In this document: positions 1 through 10,141 of the stretch, piece by piece
Position numbering within the stretch: position 1 is the stretch's first letter
How the letters are laid out: the number at the start of each line of letters is the position of its first letter
From: an uncultured Acidobacteriota bacterium
Lineage (GTDB): Bacteria > Acidobacteriota > Vicinamibacteria > Vicinamibacterales > 2-12-FULL-66-21
Assembly: GCA_963810305.1 (NCBI GenBank)
Contig: CAWEMY010000003.1
Span: 24,528-88,527, forward strand
Direction: 5' to 3'
DNA: 64,000 nt
Notes under the pieces: model-generated
Seen by the model: only the letters and a program-made list of their open reading frames with translations
What the model was told of the DNA's origin: nothing
Database searches by the model: none
Program-made: the position numbers and the translations under genes

Positions 1-2374
1 GCGCCCGTGATCACCGGTTTCAAGCAGCGAGACCCGCAGGACGGCGCGCCGGCAACGTTCGAGACCGAGGCGCGACTCGCGTATGACGACAATGCGCTCT
101 ACGTCGCCGTCCAGGCGACTGACCCGGACCCCGGAAAAATCATCGGACTGCGCACGCGCCGCGACGAAGGCTCCCCCTCTGACTGGCTTCGCGTGGTGGT
201 CGATTCCTTCCACGACCGCCGGTCCGGCTACGAGTTCGCCGTGAATCCGGCCGGGGTCAAGCAGGACAGCTACTGGTTCAACGACGGCAACAGCGACAGC
301 GGGTGGGACGCGGTGTGGGACGTGGCAGTGGCGCGCTCCGATCGAGGGTGGCGGGCGGAGTTCCGGATCCCTTTTTCACAGCTGCGATACCACCCGGCCG
401 AGAATGCCACGTTTGGACTTGCCGTGATCCGCCAGATCGGCCGCCTGAATGAGACGTCGTCATGGCCGCTTCTGTCGCGCAACGTCAACGGATACGTCTC
501 GTCGTTCGGTGAGCTGACCGGGCTGCGCTTGACACAGTCCGCCAAGCGTCTCGAGCTGCTGCCGTACGTGGTTGGCGACGTCAAGACCCAGCAGCTGCGC
601 GACGACAACCCGCTTGTCGAGCGGCGGGATCCGAATGCCTCGCTCGGCCTCGACATGAAATACGCGCTCAAACCGGGGCTTACGCTCACGGCCACGGTGA
701 ATCCTGACTTCGGCCAGGTGGAAGCGGATCCGGCGGTGGTGAACCTCTCGGCATTCGAGACCTTCTTCGACGAGCGGCGGCCGTTCTTCGTCGAAGGCTC
801 GGGAGTCTTCCGCTTCGATACCGACTGCAACGATGGCCAGTGCAGCGGCCTCTTTTATAGCCGGCGAATCGGACGCTCGCCCAGGGGAAGTGCCGACGTC
901 CCGGACGGAGGCTACTCGACCCAACCCGTGCAGACCACGATTCTCGGAGCGGCCAAGCTGACCGGCCGGATCGGCGCGTTCTCGATCGGAGCGCTGAACG
1001 CGATCACCGACGATGAAGAGGCGATCGTCGCCGAGGGCCAGACCCGTACTCGGTCAGACCGTCGAACCCATGACCAGCTACACCGTGATCCGGGCGAAGC
1101 GCGAGTTTGCCAACCAGTCATCGCTCGGGTTCATGACCACGTCGACCAACCGGCGGCTGGATGAGGCGACGCGGTTTCTTCCGGGCAATGCCTTCACCGG
1201 CGGCCTCGACTTCGACTGGCGGCTCACGCCACGGTACTCGGTCACCGGTTACGGTGTCGGCAGTTCTGTCCGCGGCGACGCCTCGGCGATCGCGGAGCTT
1301 CAGCAAAGCAACGTCCACAGCTTTCAGCGTCCCGATGCGGAACATGTCGAGCTGGACGTGACCCGCACCGCCCTGAATGGGTACGCCGGCGGCTTGAGTG
1401 TCAACAAGATCGGCGGCGAGCGCACCCGGTTCTCGAGCAACGTCAGCCTGAGAGACCCCGGCTACGACATCAACGATGTCGGCTTCCTCCGTCGCGCCGA
1501 CCAGAAGACAATGAGCAACTGGTTCCAGTGGCGGCATGATCGCCTGACCCGCCTGACGCGCAGCTTCCGCTGGAATCTGAACCAGTGGGCCGGCTGGAAC
1601 TACGACGGCGACGGGCTGTTCTCGGGCGGCAATTTCAACTCCCACGCGGTGTTCGTGAACCATTGGAGCGCGGGCTTTGGCGTGAACGTCGATGCGATCG
1701 GCTTCGATGACCGCGCGACTCGCGGCGGCCCGGGCGCCTATCGCAGCGCGTCGAAGAGCCTGTGGACCTACGTCAACACCGACAGCCGCAAGCGGCTCTC
1801 GCTCTATGTGAACACCTTCAACTCATCGCTCAACGACGGCGGCGGATTCAGTGACGTCAGTCCGGGCCTGACCTTCCGCCCGGCGACCTTCGTGACGGTC
1901 AGCGCCGGTCTCTCGGTCAGCCGCAACAAGGATCCGCAGCAGTGGATTACCGAAGAGGATGGGCATTACGTCTTCGGACGAATCGATCAGAAGACGGTCA
2001 GCCTCACCGCGCGCGTCAACTACACCGTGACTCCCGCGCTGAGCCTCCAGCTGTACGCGCAGCCGTTCGTGTCGGCCGGCAGCTACACCGACTTCCGCGA
2101 GCTGGTCGATGGCCGTGCCAAAGAGATCAGCGCGCGGTTCGCCCCTTACGACTACTCCGGCAACCCCGACTTCAACTACCGTTCCTTCCGGACCACCAAT
2201 GTCGTCCGCTGGGAATACAAGCCCGGTTCGACACTCTTCGTCGTCTGGCAGCAGGGTCGGGAGGATGAGACCGTCAGGGGTCGCTTCGACCTCGGGCGGG
2301 ATTTTCGTGGCGCGTTCGACGCTCCCGGCCGGAATGTGTTCCTGGTGAAGTGGGCATACTGGCTGAACTACTGA
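1..2374 (+). CDS. DUF5916 / CBM9-like carbohydrate-binding domain protein, 5' end outside window, reading frame broken once near 1050
   Basis: ORFs 7..1164 and 1013..2374 read as two halves of one protein. The N-terminal part is 'FETEARLAYDDNALYVAV...DSFHDRRSGYEFAVNPAGVKQD'. A long beta-rich C-terminal part ends in '...NVFLVKWAYWLNY'. The sensible sequence switches frame by 1 nt around 1045-1056 ('...AIVAEGQTRTR' then 'QTVEPMTSYTVIRAKREF'). The frame is open to base 1. Confidence 0.75.
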
Positions 2375-2383
2375 CAACTCCGG

Positions 2384-2442
2384 AACTTCTAACTTCTAAA
2401 GGCAGCATTAGGCGCTTAGCTGTTAGGCGCTTAGAAGTTAGG
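2384..2442. repeat. Inverted array of 7-nt repeats (AACTTCT x2, then TTAGGCG/CTTAGCT/GTTAGGC/GCTTAGA/AGTTAGG) between convergent genes
   Basis: Direct reading: 'aacttctaacttctaa' at 2384-2399 pairs with 'ttagaagtt' at 2431-2439. The TAA stop (2431-2433, minus strand) and last residues (PNF) of the WYL gene lie inside the repeat. Confidence 0.8.
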
Positions 2443-3417
2443 AATGTCGTAGTTCGCGCGTGCGCCATGCAGCTCCGCGAGGATTTCATCGCGGAGCGTA
2501 TCCGGCGCAACGACGGTCACCATCTGGCCGAATCCCAGAACCCAGCTCTTGAGCGCCCAGTCGTTGCAGACATCGAGCGTCAGCCGCAGCGATCCATCGG
2601 GATCGTCGGTCGTCTGCTGCGACGGATGCCAGATGCGCTCGCGGACGTAGCGGGCAATCTTCGGCGCGAATCGCAGCTCGATCCTCTCCGGCGTCCCCTG
2701 ATTGATGCCGAGTGAGTGGGCGAAGGCGTCCTCGGGGAGCTCCAGCGGCTCGAACCGGTCCTCGGTGAGAGAGACCTGCGCGACCCGGTCGACGGCAAAC
2801 GTTCTGAGCTCGCCGTACTCGGGGACGAACCCGATCACGTACAAGCCTCCCTGCGCAAACACCAGGCGATACGGCTCGAGCGTGTAGGTCTTTTCGCGAT
2901 TGCTCGAGAACGAGTGGTAGCGCATCGTCAGGCGGCGATGGTGCAGCGTGGCTTCGACCAGCTGTGCGACCTCCTTGGTGCGCGGGGCAACGGCCTGCGC
3001 CCCGGGATCCGCCTTGGCCTGCATCACGAGCGGCATGCCGTCGAGAAACTGCTTCATTCCCGGGGTCAGCGCGCCCCCGAGCTTGTCAAAGGCGCTGCGG
3101 ACGTCGCGTTCGAATGGCGTCCCCGACAGGCATTCGACGAGCGTGCGCGAGAAATAGAGTGCACTCAGCTCCGCGAGGGTGAAGGCGGTGTCGTCGAGAC
3201 GGCGAAAGGCTTTCTGCTCGAGCGTCCAGTATTTCTTGCCGTCGTGGGTTTCGTCGAAGAGCGGAAAGCCCGCTTCCTGGAGTGCGTCGAGATCACGGCG
3301 GATCGTGCGCGTCGTGACACCAGTGTGGCTGGCGAGATCATCGATCGTCACGCGGCGTGAGGCCTCGAGCTCCTTGAGGATCGTCCACTGACGAATGACC
3401 TCGGCGTTGCGCGGCAC
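2431..3417 (-). CDS. WYL-domain transcriptional regulator (YafY/DeoR-type HTH + WYL)
   Basis: The N-terminal HTH is 'IRQWTILKELEASRRVTIDDLASHTGVTTRTIRRDLDALQEAGFPL'. The central WYL-like segment is 'RYHSFSSNREKTYTLEPYRLVFAQGGLYVIG'. I set the start to GTG at 3417, a 1-nt overlap with the upstream stop. ATG at 3498 is the alternative. Confidence 0.85.
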   Translation of the reverse strand: MPRNAEVIRQWTILKELEASRRVTIDDLASHTGVTTRTIRRDLDALQEAGFPLFDETHDGKKYWTLEQKAFRRLDDTAFTLAELSALYFSRTLVECLSGTPFERDVRSAFDKLGGALTPGMKQFLDGMPLVMQAKADPGAQAVAPRTKEVAQLVEATLHHRRLTMRYHSFSSNREKTYTLEPYRLVFAQGGLYVIGFVPEYGELRTFAVDRVAQVSLTEDRFEPLELPEDAFAHSLGINQGTPERIELRFAPKIARYVRERIWHPSQQTTDDPDGSLRLTLDVCNDWALKSWVLGFGQMVTVVAPDTLRDEILAELHGARANYDIPNF

Positions 3418-4136
3418 TAGACGACCTGGACGGCGGGGCGCGGATCGGTCGCGGCGAGCCGCGCGACAAAGGCCTGGCGCCGCCTGTCGGTCCACCACCC
3501 AAAGCCCCAGTGTCCGGGGCCCATCAATGCGAACGAGGACGGTGAAAGAAACGCGACCTCGCGCGGCGCGATGAGCGCAAACAGCATCGCGAAGAGGCCG
3601 ACTCCGGCCGAGACCAGATGGTGGCCGGCGATCGCGCGCGCATCGAAAGCTTCCAGTTCGCTCAAGCCGAGCGCCGCACGCTTGCGATGCGCGTTCAGGT
3701 ACATCAGCGAGAAAAGTCCCATCAGGATGAAGAACCCGAGCCCGTAGATCATCGAAGCCCGTGCCAGCTCGTTCAGTGACATGCCGACCACAGGGGCGCT
3801 GCTCTGCAGCCCGAACACCTGGAGCATGAAGGAGTCGAACATGAACTTGAGCGGATAGATATAGAGCAGCACGGCGAACAGGAGCGCACTGTTCAGCAGG
3901 ATCGTCACACCGTCTTGAAGCGGGTAGCGCTCGAAGAAACTGTCGTGCTCGTGCCAGATCCAGACCAGAAGAGCAAAGCAGCAGGCAAAGGCGGGGATGC
4001 CCTGGACCAGCCTGATCAATTGTTCGTAGCTCCGCGGCACGTCGGCCGTGATCACCAGCAGCGTCAGCGCAAAGCCGAAGACCGCGTCGCTGAACTCCTC
4101 GAGCCTGGAAATCTTGTGTTTCCGGAGGGTTAGCAT
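3417..4136 (-). CDS. TMEM175-family (DUF1211) potassium-channel-like membrane protein
   Basis: 'MLTLRKHKISRLEEFSDAVFGFALTLLV' is the typical TMEM175 first helix (RLExFSDxVFAIAxTLL-like), followed by about 6 hydrophobic helices. I set the start to ATG at 4136. The longer ORF to 4352 adds only R/P-rich sequence. Confidence 0.8.
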   Translation of the reverse strand: MLTLRKHKISRLEEFSDAVFGFALTLLVITADVPRSYEQLIRLVQGIPAFACCFALLVWIWHEHDSFFERYPLQDGVTILLNSALLFAVLLYIYPLKFMFDSFMLQVFGLQSSAPVVGMSLNELARASMIYGLGFFILMGLFSLMYLNAHRKRAALGLSELEAFDARAIAGHHLVSAGVGLFAMLFALIAPREVAFLSPSSFALMGPGHWGFGWWTDRRRQAFVARLAATDPRPAVQVV

Positions 4137-4215
4137 CGCCGGAATATAACCCAGCTCGCTGTGACCTTCCCTGTCACACCCTCCTTTTAGAGTGGGTGGC
4201 GACAAGGGGGCGTGA

Positions 4216-4428
4216 ATGACGCGGATGAACGGGTCGGCGGCTTTGAAGCTCGATTTCGGCGATGTGGCCGTGACCGTGAGCGGCAACCGGGGAGGCCGGC
4301 CGGTCCTGCGCCTGGCTTCATCCGGGCTGATGCGCGGTCCGGACAAGTACAAAGTTCTCGAGCACCGGCGCCGCCAGGCGCAGATCCGGGCCAGACACTT
4401 GCTTCACCTGATGGAAGGAGAGTGGTGA
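4216..4428 (+). CDS. Hypothetical small protein (70 aa)
   Basis: ATG at 4216 is preceded by 'aaggggg'. Its composition looks more protein-like than the overlapping 142-aa frame. Its TGA overlaps the next ATG (TGATG at 4426-4430). Confidence 0.35.
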   Translation: MTRMNGSAALKLDFGDVAVTVSGNRGGRPVLRLASSGLMRGPDKYKVLEHRRRQAQIRARHLLHLMEGEW

Positions 4429-4640
4429 TGGCCAGCTGCAGGCACGGGAACGGCCGGGCGCTCTGTTTCGACTGCTTCAAGGCCGGCATGGAGCGAACTC
4501 GTGCGCGCCGTGCCGCGTGGACGCAGAAAGAGCTCCCGTTCGCGCCAGCGGAAGCCGCGCGCAAGCTCTCCGAGCAGGAAGTGGCGCACCGCCGCCGGAT
4601 GCTCGAACACCTCGTCCAGAAGGCGCGGCGCGGAGCATGA
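4428..4640 (+). CDS. Hypothetical small protein (70 aa) with Cys-x8-Cys-x2-Cys N-terminus
   Basis: ATG at 4428 is preceded by 'ggaaggagag'. Sequence is 'MASCRHGNGRALCFDCFKAG...' followed by a basic helical tail. I recognise no family. Confidence 0.45.
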   Translation: MASCRHGNGRALCFDCFKAGMERTRARRAAWTQKELPFAPAEAARKLSEQEVAHRRRMLEHLVQKARRGA

Positions 4641-4650
4641 GTCGGAAAAG

Positions 4651-4731
4651 TCACCACAGAGGCACGGAGACACAGAATGTTCTTCTTGTTTTACAAGAGA
4701 GTTCTCTGTGTTCTCCGGGTCTCTGTGGTGA
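4651..4731. repeat. CACAGAG-type inverted-repeat hairpin element (MITE/REP-like)
   Basis: Left arm 'tcaccacagaggcacggagacacagaa' (4651-4677) is nearly complementary to right arm 'ttctctgtgttctccgggtctctgtggtga' (4702-4731). A second copy is at 24440-24524 and a half copy at 50934-50961. Confidence 0.8.
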
Positions 4732-4762
4732 ACTCCCCAACGGGCAGTACCGAAGGTTGTCG

Positions 4763-4805
4763 TTGACGCGGCGGCCGCCGCGCTATATATTGTCCGACAA
4801 TATAT
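4763..4805 (+). promoter_or_regulatory. Putative padR promoter with overlapping palindromic operator
   Basis: TTGACG (4763-4768), a 17-nt spacer, then TATATT (4786-4791). The perfect 10-1-10 palindrome ATATATTGTC-C-GACAATATAT (4785-4805) overlaps the -10 and the ATG at 4804. Confidence 0.6.
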
Positions 4806-5142
4806 GGCCCCACAGACCGACCTGAAGCGCGGTACCGCCGAACTCATGGTCCTCGCGACGCTCGAGATGCGCACCCGGCATGGCTACGAGATCGCGAAAC
4901 TGATCGACGATCGCTCCGGTGGCGTCCTTCGATTCCACGTGGCGTCGCTCTACCCGATGCTCTATCGCATGGAGCGGCGCGGCTGGATCGACGGCAAGTG
5001 GATCGAGAAGTCGGGCCAGCGGCGCCGGCGCTACTACAAGCTCACGCCGGCCGGCCGCAAAGTGCTCGGGGAACAGCGCGCGAGCTGGCGCGAATTGCTG
5101 GTGGCGCTGCAGAGCGTGACCGGCATCAATCCAGCGGGATAG
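4804..5142 (+). CDS. PadR family transcriptional regulator
   Basis: 'LKRGTAELMVLATLEMRTRHGYEIAKLI...ASLYPMLYRMERRGWIDGKW...RRRRYYKLTPAGRKVL' is a canonical PadR winged helix. It sits directly upstream of an ADOP permease. Confidence 0.95.
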   Translation: MAPQTDLKRGTAELMVLATLEMRTRHGYEIAKLIDDRSGGVLRFHVASLYPMLYRMERRGWIDGKWIEKSGQRRRRYYKLTPAGRKVLGEQRASWRELLVALQSVTGINPAG

Positions 5143-5146
5143 GGCG

Positions 5147-7904
5147 ATGGACTTCCGCCGCTACGTTCGCGAGCAGCTTCCGCCGCTGACCATCGCGCGC
5201 GAGCCGGAGATCGTCGACGAGCTCGCGCTGCATCTCGGCGAACTGTACCGGGAGGCCCGTGCCTCCGGCCTCGATCACGACGAGGCGCTGGCGCGCGCTC
5301 TCGCCGCGATCCCCACCGCCTCGACCGACTTCGCCCACGATCTCGAAGCCGCGAGTCGAGCGCTCCCCGGCTTGATCGCCGACCGCTGGCGGGCGCAGGA
5401 CGACACACTCCTACACGCTGACTCTTCACGGAGCGGATCAATGGTTGCCGATCTTCGTCGCGATATCCGTTACGCCGTCCGCATGCTGGCGCGGACGCCG
5501 GCGTTCACGTTCGTCATCTGCCTGACGCTCGCGCTCGGCATTGGCGCCACCGCCGTCATCTTCAGCGCCGTCGACGCGGTGCTGCTGCAGCGCGCGCCAG
5601 TCGCCGATCCGTCGTCGGTCACCAGCATCTACACCACGAGCTCTGATGGCCGTGACCGATTTTCGACCACGTCATATCCCGATTATGTCGATCTGCGCGA
5701 CAGCGGGATCTTGGGCGGCCTCGCGGCATTTGCCAGCGTCCCCTTCGTGCTGCAGGGGAGCAATGGCGCCGAGGCATTGCCGGGCGAGCTGGTGACCGGC
5801 AACTACTTCGACGTGCTCGGCGTCCGTATCCCGCTCGGGCGAACGTTCAGCGTGGACGAAGACAAGCCCGGCTCGCCGATTCGCGTCGTCATCCTGTCGC
5901 ACGGCGCATGGACGGCGCGCTTCGGTGCGGATCGCAACATCGTTGGCCGCCTGATCACTCTCAACGGCAACAGCTACTCGATTGTTGGCGTCGCGCCCAG
6001 GGGGTTCGTCGGGCCGATTCTCGGGCGCGCTCCAGAGATCTGGGCACCGATGGCGCTTCAACCGGAGCTGCGTCCGCCAAGTGCGGGGCTACGTCGTGCG
6101 CTCGGTGGCACCAACATGCTCGCCGCTCGCGGGCCGCGGTGGCTGAACATGATCGGACGTCTGGCCGCCGGTAAGACCGTTGCCGGCACGGCCGCGGCCG
6201 CGGACACGCTCTCGGCGCGGCTGGACGCGAGTTACCAGAGTACCAACCGCGGCCGGCGGTTCACCGTCGTCCCGCTCGGCGATGGTCCCGGCGTCCGCAC
6301 GTCGGCGCGACCGATGCTGCGGCTGCTCAGCGCCTCCGTCGTTGTCGTGCTGCTGATCGCGTGCGCGAACGTTGCGAGTCTCCTCCTTGCACGCGCCGTC
6401 ACGCGACGCCGCGAGGTGGCCGTCCGCATGGCCGTGGGCGCCGGCCGAGGGCGGCTCGTCAGGCAGTGGCTCACCGAATCGGTGCTGCTCGCGCTGATGG
6501 GATCGCTGGGAGGCCTGCTGATCGCCTGGTGGGGGGCGCCACTTCTCCATCAATTCGACATTCCGGCATCGATCAACCTCGGCGTCACGCCGCGAGTGTT
6601 CCTGTTTACTTTCGCGGTGGCGGTCGGGAGTGGCGTCCTCTTCGGCCTCGCCCCGGTGCTGCAGACCCTGCGGCGCAACACCGTCGATGCCCTTCGTGAT
6701 GAAGGAGGCGCGGTCGCGAGCGGCGTCGGGGCCACTCGCATGCGCAGCACGTTCGTCGTCGTGCAGGTGGCGCTTAGTCTGATGTTGCTGGTCGGCGCCG
6801 GTCTCTTCCTGCGGACCCTGAAGAACGCGACCGCGGTCAATCTCGGTTACGACATCGATCGAGTGCTGCTCGCGGACATCAACATGGACGTTCGCGGCTA
6901 CTCGCAGGACGCCGGTCAGGCTGCCTACGGCCAGCTGCTCGAGCGCGTCAAGGCCGCTGCCAGGGGTCGAAGCCGCCGGCGCGGCACGCGTGACGGTGCT
7001 GAGCGGCGGCGCCAGAACGATCAGTGTCAGCACCGATGGGCGGCCGGTGGCAAACGACAGCAGCAACAGCATCGACGTGCGCGCCAATGTCATCAGTGAT
7101 GGATATCTCGACGCCCTCGGCATCCGACTGCAGAACGGACGAAACTTCTCGCCCGCCGATGCCCCTGGCACGCCACGGGTGACGATCATCAGCGCCTCGC
7201 TTGGCGCCAAGCTGTTCCCCGGCGCTGATCCGCTGGGCCGCACGGTGATGGCTGGCAACGATCCTCTCCAGGTCGTCGGAGTGGTGCCCGACACCGTGTA
7301 CCGCAGTGCGCTGGAGCAGAATCCACCGCCGTTCCTCTACGCGCCGCTGGCGCAGAACTACGAGTCCGGCATCACGCTGCACGTCCGCGTCGCCGGCGAG
7401 CCCACCGGGCAGATCGCCGCTCTGCGCAGGGTTCTGAGCGAAGTGGATCCACAACTGGTACTCGGGCGGCCGCGTGTGCTGCGCGACGAGTTCGAACGCT
7501 CCATAAGCGATCAGCGAATGATGGCAACTCTCGTCGGTCTCTTCGGCGTCGTCGCCCTCGCACTCGCGGCAATCGGCCTGTACGGGGTGATGGCACACCT
7601 CGCCACCCAGCGGACGACGGAGATCGGGATCCGTCTCGCGCTCGGGGCGAACCCCGCCTCCATTCTTCGTCTGATGCTGTCGGACGGGCTGCGGCTGGTT
7701 GCGCTCGGATCCGTACTGGGGCTGGCGGGAGCATTTGCCGGCGCCCGGTTCGTGCAGAACCAGCTGTTCGGAGTCGAACCAACCGACCCCGCCACGTTCG
7801 CCGGCGTCTGCGCGACGTTGCTGATCGTCGCCATCGCCGCATGCTTGATCCCCGCACGCCGAGCGATGCGAGTCGAACCGGCGCTGGCGCTACGGGCAAA
7901 CTGA
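5147..7904 (+). CDS. ADOP-family ABC-transporter permease (duplicated FtsX/MacB-like), one frame break near 6955
   Basis: ORFs 5147..7099 and 6990..7904 join as '...QLLERVKA' then 'LPGVEAAGAARVTVLSGGARTISV...'. Supporting motifs are 'RYAVRMLARTPAFTFVICLTLALGIGATAVIFSAVDAVLL' and a C-terminal FtsX module ending 'RRAMRVEPALALRAN'. Confidence 0.9.
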
Positions 7905-7911
7905 ACCAGCG

Positions 7912-10110
7912 TTACTTTCTCGTCATTCGCGGTTCGGTTGACACATCGAAGTTGTCGACGACCCAGACATCCGATCGTGACGAGTAGACCGCCACGACAA
8001 ACCTGCGACCGTCGGGGGTCATGGTGACGTCACCAATTTCCTCGAATGGAAGAGACGCGACGGTCTTCACGTACTCGCCATTCGAGGACACGATCAAGAT
8101 CTTCGCGCCTTTCAGGGTGTCTCCACGCCCGCGCATCTTCGCGGGTTGCCCTTCAACCGCGTAGATCGAACGTCCATCGACGGACCATCCGATGGGAATG
8201 AAAGAAGAAGGCACCGAGGTCTTGTAGATCAGCCTTTCAGACTGTTCTTCGGTGTCGATGATCCAGAGACCCCGGTTCGGCCGGCGATTCCAATGCACGG
8301 CAATCTTCCGGCCGTCCGGCGAATAGACCGGGCGAAAGAGCCACCCGACTGAACTGTCCGTTGCGAGAAGCCGTTCCTTACCGGTTGCCGGATCGAGGGC
8401 GTAATAGTCACGGTTCCCGGCCCGCTGATAAAGGATCCGAGGACCTGGGGACCACACGACATCGAAGCTGTAGCTCAAGTCACCGGACGAAACAGGGCGT
8501 GGCGTGCCACCGGCGGCGTCGATCGTCCAGACACGCGACTTGCCGCCCTGGGTCGAGGCAAAGGCGATCTGCGTTCCATCGGCCGACCAGGCGCCCCCCA
8601 CGTTGAATGAGTCAAGGAACGTGAGCTGCTTCGGAGAACCGCCCGTAATTGGCATCGTGTGGAGATTGGCGAGCGGTTCATGACCGACGCTGAAGACGAT
8701 CGACTGTCCAACAGGCGACAAGCGAGGTCTCTCGATCAGCGACGTTCCGTTGGTCAGCTGCTTCCATTCGGTCGGTGAGTGCTTACCGTTCCCAGGCGCG
8801 TCGAGCATCCACAGATTGGAGTGATACGGAGCCCGTGCGTAGACAAGCCGTTTGCCCTCTGCCGACAGCGAATAGGCCCGATCGGTCTCGATGCCTGTCA
8901 GCAGGGTCGTGGTGTCCGGCCGTCTATTTTCTTGACCCGGTTGCGCCGCGATTCTGAAGAGGGAAACGGTCTGGTTGGCCCGGTGCGAGTAGTAGATGGC
9001 ATCTCCCTGCGGGGCCCAACGCGCAGCAAGGATTTCCGTATCCTCTGACAGAATCCTCGTTTGATCGCTTCCATCCGGCCGGACAGTCCAGATCGTGAAA
9101 CGCCCCTGGGGATCGCTGCTGACAAACGTCAGAAGGCCGGTTTGGGACGACCAGTCGATGTCCCAGATCGACCAGCTGATGCCAGGTAGAGAAACGGTTC
9201 GCTGGACCTCTCCACGCCTGTTGAAAAACCAGATCTTGCCGGCCAGGTAACTTGCCACTGCGATCGTAGAGCCATCCGGCGACCAGCAGCCGATGTACTG
9301 ACCGTCAGCAATCCTGACCGGGGTTCCACCCAGCTGCGGCACGGTGTAGATGCCATTCTTTCCTGCGCCTCGCGCCCAGAGCAGCAGATCAGAACCGTCC
9401 GGAGACCAGCGCAAATGCCCGACTTCCGGCGCGTCAAAAATCGCGAGCGGATGGCCCCCTGCCAATTCCTGCACCATCACTCTTGGTTCCGGAGGTTCGT
9501 TCGAGACATACGCGATTCGTCTGCCGTCTGCGGAGAGCGTGGGAGCGCCTTCTTTGCCGGTGAACGTGACCTGTCGGTGTTCCGCAACAGCGGTCCGCGG
9601 TAGCGACGCCACCGCAGTCTTTGCCGGCTCGCTCAGTCGAAGAACCGCGTAGGCCAGCGCGCCAACCACTAACAGCAATCCAGCCATACCTGCGGCACGC
9701 CTGGAAACGCTGGCAGGGAGGTCGGCGGCGGTCGGGTTCTCCAACCCGGCTGGGGATGAGGGAAGATCGTCGTCGAAACGTTCGGTGACCGGCGCGACGA
9801 AGCGATAACCAAGCTTGGGAACAGTCTGGATGTACTGCTCGCCGGAGGCTTTTTCGCCGAGGGCCTTTCTCAGAATCGAAACGTTGCGGTTGAGACCTCC
9901 TTCCTCGACAAAGCTGTTTGCCCAGACCTCTGAGAGCAAACGTTCTTTCTCGACGAGATGTCCGGCGTTCTGGACGAGCACGCGCAGAACGTCGAAGACC
10001 TTCGGGGTGAGCACCACCGGTTGGCCATCCCGCAACAGCAGGTGCTCCGACACATCCAGCCGGAACGGCCCGAACTCGTAAGAGGGCGTGGCCTGGCGGT
10101 TCATGACCAT
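7912..10110 (-). CDS. Winged-helix (OmpR/CadC-type) DNA-binding protein fused to TM helix and TolB/PD40 beta-propeller
   Basis: N-terminus is 'YEFGPFRLDVSEHLLLRDGQPVVLTPKVFDVLRVLVQNAGHLVEKERLLSEVW...LRKALG...YIQTVPKLGYRFV'. One TM helix follows ('MAGLLLVVGALAYAVL'), then repeated 'SPDG..IAF/Y' PD40 blades. Confidence 0.9.
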   Translation of the reverse strand: MVMNRQATPSYEFGPFRLDVSEHLLLRDGQPVVLTPKVFDVLRVLVQNAGHLVEKERLLSEVWANSFVEEGGLNRNVSILRKALGEKASGEQYIQTVPKLGYRFVAPVTERFDDDLPSSPAGLENPTAADLPASVSRRAAGMAGLLLVVGALAYAVLRLSEPAKTAVASLPRTAVAEHRQVTFTGKEGAPTLSADGRRIAYVSNEPPEPRVMVQELAGGHPLAIFDAPEVGHLRWSPDGSDLLLWARGAGKNGIYTVPQLGGTPVRIADGQYIGCWSPDGSTIAVASYLAGKIWFFNRRGEVQRTVSLPGISWSIWDIDWSSQTGLLTFVSSDPQGRFTIWTVRPDGSDQTRILSEDTEILAARWAPQGDAIYYSHRANQTVSLFRIAAQPGQENRRPDTTTLLTGIETDRAYSLSAEGKRLVYARAPYHSNLWMLDAPGNGKHSPTEWKQLTNGTSLIERPRLSPVGQSIVFSVGHEPLANLHTMPITGGSPKQLTFLDSFNVGGAWSADGTQIAFASTQGGKSRVWTIDAAGGTPRPVSSGDLSYSFDVVWSPGPRILYQRAGNRDYYALDPATGKERLLATDSSVGWLFRPVYSPDGRKIAVHWNRRPNRGLWIIDTEEQSERLIYKTSVPSSFIPIGWSVDGRSIYAVEGQPAKMRGRGDTLKGAKILIVSSNGEYVKTVASLPFEEIGDVTMTPDGRRFVVAVYSSRSDVWVVDNFDVSTEPRMTRK

Positions 10111-10141
10111 CCAGTCTGAAGGAAGTTCGCTCGGGGGAATC

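Noticed and set aside
2431-3417. WYL regulator as a marker of a defence island
   Set aside because: The flanking genes are a TMEM175-like channel, a DUF5916 protein, and PadR with a permease. None of these is defence-related, so no island can be supported.
4212-4640. Single 142-aa ORF
   Set aside because: Its first half is R/P/G/A-rich junk-like sequence. Two coupled 70-aa ORFs (4216..4428 and 4428..4640), each with its own purine-rich upstream stretch, explain the region better. Confidence in either model is low.
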